Source of the DNA: an uncultured Candidatus Peribacteria bacterium
GTDB taxonomy: Bacteria > Patescibacteriota > Gracilibacteria > Peribacterales > Peribacteraceae
Assembly (NCBI GenBank): GCA_964548055.1
Contig: CAZJPS010000002.1
Location: 1-41,943, forward strand
DNA: 41,943 bases
Direction: 5' to 3'
The translations under genes were made by a program, and so were the position numbers. Of this stretch, positions 25,580 through 34,106 are shown one piece after another. Every line of letters starts with the position of its first letter. The stretch's first letter is position 1. Under the pieces are notes generated by a model, which did not search any database, was not told the origin of the DNA, and was given only the letters and a program-made list of their open reading frames with translations.

Positions 25580-26488
25580 ATGATTGAGTTCCAGCGTCTC
25601 ATTCTCGGTGATCAAGTGCGCAACAAGGTTTTTGAAGATGCCTTAAAGAGGGTCATCCGGCCTGGCGAAAGTATTGTGGCCGATATAGGTTCGGGCACTG
25701 GATATCTTTCTTTCCTAGCCTCCAAGATGGGAGCCAAGGAATGCCACCTGTATGAGTTTTCTGAACTCCTTCCGCTCAGTAAAGAGATCGCAAAAAAGAA
25801 TGGGATCAAGAACCTGCACTTTCATCATGCACATTCCATGAGCGTGAAGAACCCTGTGAAAGCAGATATTGTGATATCCGAAACACTTGGAAATTATGCG
25901 CTAGAAGAGAATATGTTGGAGACACTGAGCGACGCTAAGCGGTATCTAAAAGAAGGTGGCGTGATGATCCCCCAGACTCTTACTCAATATGTAGTTCCCG
26001 TGACAAGTGATCGCCTCCATAAGGAAATCAATGTGTGGGACACGCTCGGACACGGTCTTGATTTTTCCCCTGCCAAGGAAATCTGTTTCCATAACATGTA
26101 TGTGAAAACTCTCCGTCCCGATGAGCTTTTGCAAAATGGAATTCAGGAATGGGACAGTATTGATTTCCGCAAAGGCGGTTCGAGCATTCGTCAGGCTGAT
26201 GTTGTTTGGTCTATGCAGAATCCACAGAAAATCTATGGATTTGTGCTCTTCTGGCATTGCGAATTGCTACCAGGGATCACTCTCTCTACTACTCCACTTC
26301 ACCCACCCACACACTGGCAGCAGATCTATTTACCACTCATAGAGCCGCTATCCCTGCAATCAAACGACACTCTCAAGCTCCATCTGCATTCCGATTCTAG
26401 GTTGAAAGTGAAAATAAGGCTGAAATGGAAAGCGGAGGGAGGAGGGGAGAGTTCAATAGAGATGGATACGCACAAGGGACTCGTGTAA
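25580..26488 (+). CDS. protein arginine N-methyltransferase (PRMT)-like SAM methyltransferase
   Basis: Motif I is VADIGSGTGYL and post-I is HLYEFS. ADIVISETLGNYALEENML matches the double-E loop, and LKEGGVMIPQ is motif III. PPTHWQQIYLPL matches the THW loop in a C-terminal beta-barrel-sized domain. I prefer the start at ATG 25580. Confidence 0.7.
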   Translation: MIEFQRLILGDQVRNKVFEDALKRVIRPGESIVADIGSGTGYLSFLASKMGAKECHLYEFSELLPLSKEIAKKNGIKNLHFHHAHSMSVKNPVKADIVISETLGNYALEENMLETLSDAKRYLKEGGVMIPQTLTQYVVPVTSDRLHKEINVWDTLGHGLDFSPAKEICFHNMYVKTLRPDELLQNGIQEWDSIDFRKGGSSIRQADVVWSMQNPQKIYGFVLFWHCELLPGITLSTTPLHPPTHWQQIYLPLIEPLSLQSNDTLKLHLHSDSRLKVKIRLKWKAEGGGESSIEMDTHKGLV

Positions 26489-26575
26489 GCGATGGGGTTC
26501 TTCTTTCCGCTTACCGCTCATCGCTTCTCCAATTCTGCAATTGACCTTATAGCTCTTTGCTTTGAAGATACTCCT

Positions 26576-27112
26576 ATGCCCAAACAGGTCCGCTCGCAAT
26601 CTACGGAGCATCATCTGGCCACTGTCATTGAACGAAATATCAACACACTTTTGGAAGTGCGAAGGCAGATGGAACGCAGAAGAGGCGTACAACATCGTTT
26701 TGCAGATGCAATTACAACTTTCTCGGGAAGCCTTCCATTTTTATATATTCACGTATTGTGGTTTGGCATATGGATTTTGTGGAATATGGGATGGCTTCAG
26801 CTCACTCCGTTCGATCCTTTCCCCTTTGGGCTTCTTACAATGGTAGTGTCCCTTGAGGCTATTGTCCTTTCTACATTTGTGCTTATCACACAAAATCGGA
26901 TGGCCGATATGAGTGATGAGCGTGCGGACTTAGATTTGCAAATCAACCTTTTGGCTGAATACGAGATTACAAAAATTCTCAAGCTTACAGATGCCATTGC
27001 AGATCATTTAGGATTACGTGAAGGCAAAGATCCGGAGCTAAATGATCTTAAAATGGAAATAATGCCCGAGGAAGTACTGAAAGAAATGGATAGATGCAGG
27101 CAGCGTATATAA
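26576..27112 (+). CDS. DUF1003 family membrane protein
   Basis: RFADAITTFSGSLPFLYIHVLWFGIWILWN...DPFPFGLLTMVVSLEAIVLSTFVLITQNR is typical of DUF1003. Confidence 0.7.
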   Translation: MPKQVRSQSTEHHLATVIERNINTLLEVRRQMERRRGVQHRFADAITTFSGSLPFLYIHVLWFGIWILWNMGWLQLTPFDPFPFGLLTMVVSLEAIVLSTFVLITQNRMADMSDERADLDLQINLLAEYEITKILKLTDAIADHLGLREGKDPELNDLKMEIMPEEVLKEMDRCRQRI

Positions 27113-27165
27113 CACGGGTTGGCCTTTGCACTGGACGGTAAAGGCATGGATCCTTTTTTTTACAT

Positions 27166-27750
27166 TCATTTTTGTTGTGTGGCTCTTGTTTGTTCACTAA
27201 AACGATTCTGGGTAGATCTTCTGCGCTGGAATCTGACCTCCGTGTCACTAATCATGCTTGCTACTTTTTGTGCATGGGGAATGTACCGCAACGTAAGGGA
27301 AGATCCCACTCCTTCTTTAAGATCAAAATGAATTTTGCCAAATGGAAATATATTCCAGAACTGCGATTCTGCACTCACGCTTGCAACGTTATCCAAGTTC
27401 ATCTGCCGTATTTTTATATGGAAGAGTGATGATTGATCCACAAATACCACTTCTTCATTTGTCACAATCAGCACATCATATCTCCAATCAATGTAGGCGG
27501 TGATCCACGGAAACAGTGTAAAAGGAATCCATATGGCGATGAGTGCAATACTTGTCCAAAGCACCGGAGCGCCAAAAAAGAATGCAGCACTCTCTATTGC
27601 AAAAAAGAGAATCGTCATTGCGATTGCCCTGCAGCTTCGCATAATAAACAAAAATGGATGAAAGGTGACGCGTAACACCACTTCTTCGCCTGAGGAAAGT
27701 AGGCTTGCTTCTAATTTTTTTGGGTTCGTTTCAAGAGCAAATAAGCGCAT
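27166..27750 (-). CDS. membrane protein with a bacterial PH (bPH_2/YdbS-like) domain
   Basis: Two TM helices are followed by DWRYDVLIVTNEEVVFVDQSSLFHIKIRQMNLDNVASVS...GKIHFDL. Confidence 0.5.
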   Translation of the reverse strand: MRLFALETNPKKLEASLLSSGEEVVLRVTFHPFLFIMRSCRAIAMTILFFAIESAAFFFGAPVLWTSIALIAIWIPFTLFPWITAYIDWRYDVLIVTNEEVVFVDQSSLFHIKIRQMNLDNVASVSAESQFWNIFPFGKIHFDLKEGVGSSLTLRYIPHAQKVASMISDTEVRFQRRRSTQNRFSEQTRATQQK

Positions 27751-27795
27751 ACGGGAACATGGTAGGACGAAAAGGGGAGAAGAAGAAGGCTAAGA

Positions 27796-27919
27796 TAAGG
27801 GATTAAAGGGGTAGAGAAGGGGACAAAGGGCATAAAGGCTGTAAAGGTGATAAAGGTTTTTACAAAAGAACCTTTGTCCCTTTTGTCCCCTTGTAAACCT
27901 TTGTCCCCTTCATCCCTTA
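27796..27919. repeat. palindromic intergenic element, copy B (94-bp core at 27817-27910 plus an outer palindromic extension)
   Basis: The core looks about 90% identical by eye to copy C. The outer arms TAAGGGAT and ATCCCTTA extend the palindrome, and it abuts the proS stop at 27917-27919. Confidence 0.85.
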
Positions 27920-29347
27920 ATATGCTTTCGCGTAGAGCGCCATCGTCACCGCCTTCTCCCCCGTCAGAATATCCTTCTTCCCCGCCATATCCGGAGTTTC
28001 TTCCGGAATCAGACGGATGGTGGCTTTCGTCTTATCTTTGATCTTATCGGCAGTCAGTTTAGTTCCATCCCAGGGAGCCCAGGCAAAGCCGCCTTTTTCC
28101 ATGTGGGCTTCTAGTTCGCTCATCGATGAGACAGTGACTGTGTTGTTATCCATGTACTGTTTGGCTTGGTTGTATAAATTCTCCTGAATGTTCTGCAGCT
28201 GTGTACGGATGAGGAGCGTATTGCACTGGGAGAGAGGAACAGCTTCTTTTGTTCCTGTATCACGCCGTGCCACCATTACCTGATTTTTTTCCAGATCCTT
28301 TGGTCCAATTTCGATACGAATGGGCACACCCTTTACTTCCCATTCATTAAATTTGAAGCCAGGAGATTTGGTATCTCTATCATCAATTTTAACGCGCACC
28401 TCTCTGCCCAGGTCTTCTTTGAGTGAGTTACATGCACTTAATACTTTCTGCCGTTCCTCCTCTGATTTATAGATTGGAATCACTACAACCTGCACGGGTG
28501 CCATAGCTGGTGGAAGACGCAGACCTTTTTCGTCTCCATGCACCACAATCACGGTTCCGATAATGCGCGTAGAAAGTCCCCAGCTTGTCATCCACGGGCG
28601 CTGAGATACACCTTTGTCATCTAAGAAGGACACATCGTATGCTTCCGAAAAGCCTTGTCCTAAATTGTGAGATGTACCCGCCTGAATTGCCTTTCCATCC
28701 TTTGCCAGAGCTTCGGTTGAAAGTGTATACAGTGCCCCGGCAAATTTTTCATGTTCTGGCTTTTTTCCTTTCATCACGGGAAGCGCTAAAAATTCCCTAT
28801 CAAAATCAGCGTACATATCCAGCGCTGCGTGCACCATCACATCAGCTTCTTCTTTCGTAGCATGACACGTGTGTCCTTCCTGCCACAAAAATTCGAGTGT
28901 GCGTAGGAAGGGTCTCGTTCGCATTTCCCATCGCACCACGTTTGCCCACTGATTAATTTTGAGCGGCAGATCGCGGTGACTCTGCACCCACCTAGAGAAC
29001 GTAGAATAGATAATCGTTTCGCTCGTAGGACGCACGTACAGTTTTTCCGCCAGTTCCTTTCCGCCTCCATGTGTCACCACCGCACATTCTGGAGCAAATC
29101 CTTTTACGTGATCTTTCTCCTTCATGATCAGCGACTCTGGGATAAAGAGCGGGAAATAACAGTTCTGCACATCGTGTGCCTTAATGCGATCATCTAAATC
29201 CCGCTGAATTGCTTCCCATAGTGCATACCCATACGGCTTAAAAATGATGCATCCCTTCACATCGGCATGCTCTGCTAAATCTGCCTGAGCAATGGTATCC
29301 AGGTACCACTGAGGGAAGTCTTGGGATTGGGAGGCGAGCTTCTGCAT
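27917..29347 (-). CDS. proS: proline--tRNA ligase, archaeal/eukaryal-type (no INS editing domain)
   Basis: The 476-aa ORF contains FPQWYLDTIAQADLAEHADVKGCIIFKPYGYALWEAIQ, RPTSETIIY and LEFLWQEGHT. It ends in a C-terminal Tyr (..YAKAY). Confidence 0.9.
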   Translation of the reverse strand: MQKLASQSQDFPQWYLDTIAQADLAEHADVKGCIIFKPYGYALWEAIQRDLDDRIKAHDVQNCYFPLFIPESLIMKEKDHVKGFAPECAVVTHGGGKELAEKLYVRPTSETIIYSTFSRWVQSHRDLPLKINQWANVVRWEMRTRPFLRTLEFLWQEGHTCHATKEEADVMVHAALDMYADFDREFLALPVMKGKKPEHEKFAGALYTLSTEALAKDGKAIQAGTSHNLGQGFSEAYDVSFLDDKGVSQRPWMTSWGLSTRIIGTVIVVHGDEKGLRLPPAMAPVQVVVIPIYKSEEERQKVLSACNSLKEDLGREVRVKIDDRDTKSPGFKFNEWEVKGVPIRIEIGPKDLEKNQVMVARRDTGTKEAVPLSQCNTLLIRTQLQNIQENLYNQAKQYMDNNTVTVSSMSELEAHMEKGGFAWAPWDGTKLTADKIKDKTKATIRLIPEETPDMAGKKDILTGEKAVTMALYAKAY

Positions 29348-29348
29348 A

Positions 29349-29495
29349 GGGGGAGTATAGGGTTAGGGTGAGGGTTAGGGCTAGGGATGATAGGGTTTAG
29401 GATTAGGGGCTAGGGGTTAGGGACTGGGATCTGGGAGGATGAATGGTCCTTGTTCTTAGTCCTAGTCCCTAATCCCCACTCCCTAACCCCTCCTG
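29349..29495. repeat. degenerate TAGGG/TTAGGG-like tandem array (G-runs) plus a complementary C-rich arm
   Basis: At least 12 GGG runs lie in 29349-29437. The complementary arm lies at 29458-29495. Its core stem pairs TTAGGGACT (29417-29425) with AGTCCCTAA (29464-29472). The region sits between the divergent proS and 29506 genes. Confidence 0.8.
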
Positions 29496-29505
29496 CTACA
29501 CTAGT

Positions 29506-30030
29506 ATGTACATGAAACTCCATGGGAATCGTTTCTGGGCGTGGTACGAGCGCCACTACTGGCTCACTGTCAGTCTCTCCACTGTCCTCTTTGCTCTGCA
29601 GATCGTTCATTTGTACTGGCTTACGACAGCGGTGGTGATGAAGCTCCTTTTGGGCCACAGTTATTTTACAACTGCTCCGATTGTTCAATTAGTCTTAGTA
29701 CTTGTGGACTACACCGAAATCCCGGCGCTCATTGCTACATCCCTTATCTATATCAATGATCTCCGAAAGAAGTTCACATGGAAGTCAGTTCTCTTTTTGA
29801 TCTTCCTCAATTCCCAATGGCTCCATCTCTTCTGGATCACCGATGAATTTGTGGTCGATATTTTTAGGAGTCACTCAGGAACCATTCTCCCGCTCTGGCT
29901 CGCCTGGATCGCGATCCTCATCGATTACCTAGAACTTCCCGTGATTGTAGATACGGTGATGCGAATGCTCGAAGAATTAATGAAGGGGAGATTTGGGGAG
30001 GCGGTGAGGCAACTGAGGGAACGGGATTAA
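29506..30030 (+). CDS. hypothetical polytopic membrane protein
   Basis: The 174-aa ORF has four or five hydrophobic helices. I recognise no motif. Confidence 0.55.
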   Translation: MYMKLHGNRFWAWYERHYWLTVSLSTVLFALQIVHLYWLTTAVVMKLLLGHSYFTTAPIVQLVLVLVDYTEIPALIATSLIYINDLRKKFTWKSVLFLIFLNSQWLHLFWITDEFVVDIFRSHSGTILPLWLAWIAILIDYLELPVIVDTVMRMLEELMKGRFGEAVRQLRERD

Positions 30031-30127
30031 TGAAAAGGGGACAAAGGGCATAAAGGTTGTAAAGGTGACAAAGGTTTTTAGTAAAAGACCTTTGTCCCTT
30101 TTGTCCCCTTTAAAACCTTTGTCCCCT
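30031..30127. repeat. 97-bp palindromic intergenic element, copy C
   Basis: It exactly fills the gap between convergent stops (TAA 30028-30030 and TAA 30128-30130). The left arm reads GGGGACAAA GGGCATAAA GGTTGTAAA GGTGACAAA in a 9-bp register, and the right arm is its imperfect complement. Confidence 0.85.
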
Positions 30128-30547
30128 TTACTGCAGTGTGCTCAACCAAATTCCAATCATCGTCACTGCTGCTCCAAACAGGATTCCTCCTATCACTTCC
30201 AAGAAAGAATGACCCAGGCGCTCGGAAAAATGCGCCCATTTTTGCAGGCGATTCAGGATCTTTGCTTGATCACCAATTGCTTTGCGTGAACTCATGGCGT
30301 CGTACCACGTAAGGCCTGCAAAGGTGAATGCGATTGCAAATTCCATGGAACTGAGCCCGGTTTTCCATCCAACCACAATCAAAAGAGACGTCACAAACGC
30401 TGAGTGCGAGCTTGGCATCCCCCCCGGACGAAAGAATCCATCTTTCCAGTTTCCCTTTTCAAATCCTTCGGTAAGTACTTTTACCGCTTCACACGCAATC
30501 ATCACAACCAGTGGAATAAGGAATGGGTAGAGACGGAGGAGGAACAT
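30128..30547 (-). CDS. divergent PAP2 family protein (DUF212)
   Basis: It contains GGMPSSHSAFVTSL. The ORF is 139 aa with four TM segments. Confidence 0.75.
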   Translation of the reverse strand: MFLLRLYPFLIPLVVMIACEAVKVLTEGFEKGNWKDGFFRPGGMPSSHSAFVTSLLIVVGWKTGLSSMEFAIAFTFAGLTWYDAMSSRKAIGDQAKILNRLQKWAHFSERLGHSFLEVIGGILFGAAVTMIGIWLSTLQ

Positions 30548-30604
30548 ATCAATAGTGTAAATATTTCTATGAAATTAGAAACACATCAATGTTGCTTCCA
30601 CGGC

Positions 30605-31843
30605 TCAAGGCAGGTCTGGTGGAGGAGATGCTTCAGCCTTTGCTTTTGCTTCAGCCTCCTTTTTTGCTTTTTCCTCCTCCTCCGCGGGAGCTGGTACTTG
30701 CTGCGGCGTACCTGCCGGTGCATTGGTCCATTGGCTTATCACATTCAAGCGGACATTGAATTCATCAAGATGAGTTTGTGTAACACCGGGCATCGTATTC
30801 AGTCTGTTCATCGCTTCAGGCTGTTGCTGAGCAGGCAAACTAGATGGATGGATGCGAACCGAGAGTGACTGAGACAGATTTTGGCTCGTCTGCCCGGTTA
30901 CTCCCAAAAGGTATTGCTGCCAATCAGCCATGCTGACTACTCCATCAACAGGTTGATTGAATCCTGCTATGAATCTTCCGCGCAGTCGAATGGCCGTTGA
31001 TCCATTTTCCTGAATAGTTCGAATGCTTTCAAATGCGCTCTGTGCCGATGTACCAGTGGTCGGTAATAGGAACTGGAAGTTTTTTTGTTGATGGGAAAGC
31101 ACAATTGTTTGTCCCTGCCTGAGAAAGGAGATCACGCGCGCATCGGCTCCCTCTCCAATGGTCAGAGGGTGATTCAGTACGTCTATACCGGCGGGCAGTC
31201 TGCCAAGTGCGTACGATCCATCAGGAAGATGTGGCACTGCTTGCAGCAATTTCCTTTGATATTCAATTTCAGCGGCAGATCTACGTGTATTGTTTCCAAG
31301 CACGCCCGATATCCATGCAGCGGCCGCGGTAAGCCCTAGCATCGCCATCAATTTTTTCCCAAAGCTAGCACCTTTCATTTTGGCCCACACAAAAAGCCCC
31401 ACGAGTGAAGCACCACCTATAGCGAGCCACCCATGTCGCTGTGCAAATGTACCCATATCACTCAGCCCTACGATTGCCGTATTCCTTGCATCACGCATGG
31501 CGTTGAAGGCCTGTCCTGGAAGCTCTGCTGCTCCTGGCTGAGGAAGGTTATTCCGTACCTCTTGTAAGTGTTTAAGAGCTTCTTGGCTCTCGGGATCTGT
31601 TCTATTGCCAAATACACTAATATAATGTTCAACCCAATTACGTAAATCAGCAACGCGTCGCAATGCAATAACACGAGCAGCATGGTTTGTCAGATTCAGT
31701 GTTGAGCTCACTTCTTTTCGTAATTGCTCTAAGTTAATCCTTGTCACATCTCCAGGCGTCAGATTATTCTGCGTGAGCGAGTTGATTGTGGGCGTTGGAT
31801 GCGATGGCAGAATTTCGTTGGTGTAGCTACCGAGTGTCGACAT
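30605..31843 (-). CDS. hypothetical protein, helical N-domain + 2 TM + beta-rich C-domain + EAK-rich tail
   Basis: The 412-aa ORF has TM segments GWLAIGGASLVGLFVWAKM and LMAMLGLTAAAAWISGVLG. The tail reads EEEEKAKKEAEAKAKAEASPPPDLP. It is the last gene of a three-gene minus-strand operon. Confidence 0.6.
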   Translation of the reverse strand: MSTLGSYTNEILPSHPTPTINSLTQNNLTPGDVTRINLEQLRKEVSSTLNLTNHAARVIALRRVADLRNWVEHYISVFGNRTDPESQEALKHLQEVRNNLPQPGAAELPGQAFNAMRDARNTAIVGLSDMGTFAQRHGWLAIGGASLVGLFVWAKMKGASFGKKLMAMLGLTAAAAWISGVLGNNTRRSAAEIEYQRKLLQAVPHLPDGSYALGRLPAGIDVLNHPLTIGEGADARVISFLRQGQTIVLSHQQKNFQFLLPTTGTSAQSAFESIRTIQENGSTAIRLRGRFIAGFNQPVDGVVSMADWQQYLLGVTGQTSQNLSQSLSVRIHPSSLPAQQQPEAMNRLNTMPGVTQTHLDEFNVRLNVISQWTNAPAGTPQQVPAPAEEEEKAKKEAEAKAKAEASPPPDLP

Positions 31844-31858
31844 ACAAAAATGGGAAAA

Positions 31859-32725
31859 TTACGCAGTAGGAGAAGGAGCTTGGTATTGTCCCGGGAAAGG
31901 GGGCATCGGTTGCAAACCAAGTATTACTGCCTGTTGTGGATTCGCTCGTAGAAAAGTATTCAAAAGTCTGGCTTCTGCCATCAGTTCCGCAAAGGTGGTA
32001 ATCACTCTTCCCTCTGCCTGAGCCCTCTGTGCTGCTACTTCCAAAAAGTGCGCCTGATCGCGATTACCAATCAGAGTGACGAGTGCACCCATTTGAACAG
32101 AAGGCACTGTTTCCACATCAGCAATCTGAATACCAGCAGCAACCATGCTCTCGCGAATGCGATCTAAGCGTGGAGCGCTTGAAGCAGTATTGTTCATTGC
32201 TTGATTCCAGATATCCGAGAGCCGTGTGCGGCCACTCAGTAATCCTGGAATATTCACAACAACGGCACTCACGCTTGTGCCAAGTCCTCCCAGTTTTTCC
32301 TTCGCATATCCAAAAAATTCACCAATCCTTCTTCCAATTGTTCCTAGGAACTGAAATGCGCTTGGGAATTGAGTACGCAGCCGCTCTTCTTGCACGTGGA
32401 ACCACGTATTTCCTTGTGTTCGAGGGGCGTATACCTGCGTAGGAGGGGCCATGAGCTTCCGCTGTGCTTCAATTTGTTTTCTGAGGCCCTCCAGCCTGAT
32501 GTGATGATCCGTTCCCTGCTCGTTACGCTCTTGTAAGCGTGCTATCCGAAAGGCGACAAGCTTCCCCAATTCTTCCAGTCTCTTACCAATTGTTTCGCGC
32601 GGAGCCGTACTAAGATCACGGAGTTGCTTTTCAATAGTATCAACTGAAATGTTCTCCAAATGATTTGGGATCTGAGAAAGAGAATCTGCAAGCGTGCCGA
32701 GAGTTTCGGGTGTATTGAACGGCAT
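31859..32725 (-). CDS. hypothetical protein (operon member 2)
   Basis: The 288-aa ORF has no signal peptide, TM segment or motif that I recognise. It lies 15 nt upstream of the next gene. Confidence 0.6.
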   Translation of the reverse strand: MPFNTPETLGTLADSLSQIPNHLENISVDTIEKQLRDLSTAPRETIGKRLEELGKLVAFRIARLQERNEQGTDHHIRLEGLRKQIEAQRKLMAPPTQVYAPRTQGNTWFHVQEERLRTQFPSAFQFLGTIGRRIGEFFGYAKEKLGGLGTSVSAVVVNIPGLLSGRTRLSDIWNQAMNNTASSAPRLDRIRESMVAAGIQIADVETVPSVQMGALVTLIGNRDQAHFLEVAAQRAQAEGRVITTFAELMAEARLLNTFLRANPQQAVILGLQPMPPFPGQYQAPSPTA

Positions 32726-32729
32726 ACAG

Positions 32730-33878
32730 TTACTGGCTTAACTGAGCTTGAGTAGGATTATTGGCTTCAAAAACCATTTTTGTTGCATTTGGATTTGCAC
32801 GAATAAGTTCCACAATGCGCCCAAGAGTGCGGCCTGCTCCTTCACCCTGGAAGCGAAGTTCAATACCCGCTGCTGCTGTACTATTTGTGGGTGCTGAAAG
32901 TGTGGCATTCGGTGCGCGTGCTCCCGGAGTAGTGCGCAACTCAATATCGCGGTTATCTACCCTGAAGAGGAATGCATTACTATCAAGCGCACGATAGAGC
33001 GTTACAGAAGCACCATTCACATTACTTACCCTGCGCTCTGATTGAGCATCCACCACAAGTGGGACGTTCCCAAAATTGAGTCCTCCAATTACACGTTGAT
33101 TTGCCAATGTTTCTGGATTGCCTAGTGTTCCTACTGGAGCAGTATCGCGCACTGTATTCGTTTCTTTATCTACCAAATTCTGTGCAGCGGCACTCACGTT
33201 GAGTGCTGTATATGTCGTCCTGCTTCCCACAATACTTGTCACTTCATTTGTTAAAGCTGAAGCAAATTCTCCTCCTGTCATGAGTGCTACTGCAGCGCGT
33301 GGAGGCTGTGCTTGTCTGCCACGGTTATTAGCTTGATTGCGGATCGTGTTAATTTTGAGCACAGCTGCTTCCACATCACGGCCTGCGGTTGTGCGGGAAA
33401 GCTCTTCCATTGCTTGATTTTGCGTAAGACGTTCATCAGCTGTACCTGTTGCTATCACCATGTATTTTCCAGAACTCTCTAAGCCTCCCACCATGTCACG
33501 CAAGATAGGCTGTGCTCTGAGTGAGAGCGTAAGAAGAAAGCGATTAAGGAGTGGGCTTCCTTTAAAGAAATCAGCAATCTCTCCTAACTGCGCTGCTCCA
33601 AGGCTACTTGTGATACTTCGAATAACATCTCCCAATGTCCGTGCAACATTGTTCACAGCATCCAGCACGTTATTCACGCGTTCGCGGGTCTGTGGATTCA
33701 AGCGATCTAATTGCCGTTGCATCTCTGGCGTTATCTGCACAGGCCCATTCTGTCTCACTCCGTTCAGCGCTTGCTGATCCAATTTTTGTTTTGTTTGCAT
33801 TTCGGTTTTCAACCGTGCTTCTTCGGCAGGATTGGAAGCTGGTCCAGTGGGCGCGTAGTCGATTGTTTCACCGCTCAT
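32730..33878 (-). CDS. hypothetical protein (operon member 1)
   Basis: The 382-aa ORF is rich in Q, N and T and has no recognised motif. A 4-nt gap separates it from the next gene. Confidence 0.6.
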   Translation of the reverse strand: MSGETIDYAPTGPASNPAEEARLKTEMQTKQKLDQQALNGVRQNGPVQITPEMQRQLDRLNPQTRERVNNVLDAVNNVARTLGDVIRSITSSLGAAQLGEIADFFKGSPLLNRFLLTLSLRAQPILRDMVGGLESSGKYMVIATGTADERLTQNQAMEELSRTTAGRDVEAAVLKINTIRNQANNRGRQAQPPRAAVALMTGGEFASALTNEVTSIVGSRTTYTALNVSAAAQNLVDKETNTVRDTAPVGTLGNPETLANQRVIGGLNFGNVPLVVDAQSERRVSNVNGASVTLYRALDSNAFLFRVDNRDIELRTTPGARAPNATLSAPTNSTAAAGIELRFQGEGAGRTLGRIVELIRANPNATKMVFEANNPTQAQLSQ

Positions 33879-34106
33879 ATATGTGTGTTGGTATGAATGA
33901 AATTCATCCCATTATAGCCGAAAAACGGAATTCTAACAATAGGGGCAGATTTCGTGGTTTCTTGTCGAAATTGAGATGTGATGTATCAATAAAACTTACT
34001 ATGTATATCTGTCAAATACACAATCTTTCTCTCTGTCACACATCCCTTTTTCGCTCGTCGTATAGCAAGAAGGTGTATGCTTCTTTTACTTCATTCCCAC
34101 CCCTCT

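Noticed and set aside
29349-29437. I considered whether the TTAGGG-like repeats mark a telomere or a linear replicon end.
   Set aside because: The array is internal and degenerate, flanked on both sides by ordinary genes, and followed by its own complement. That fits a hairpin or G4-type intergenic element.
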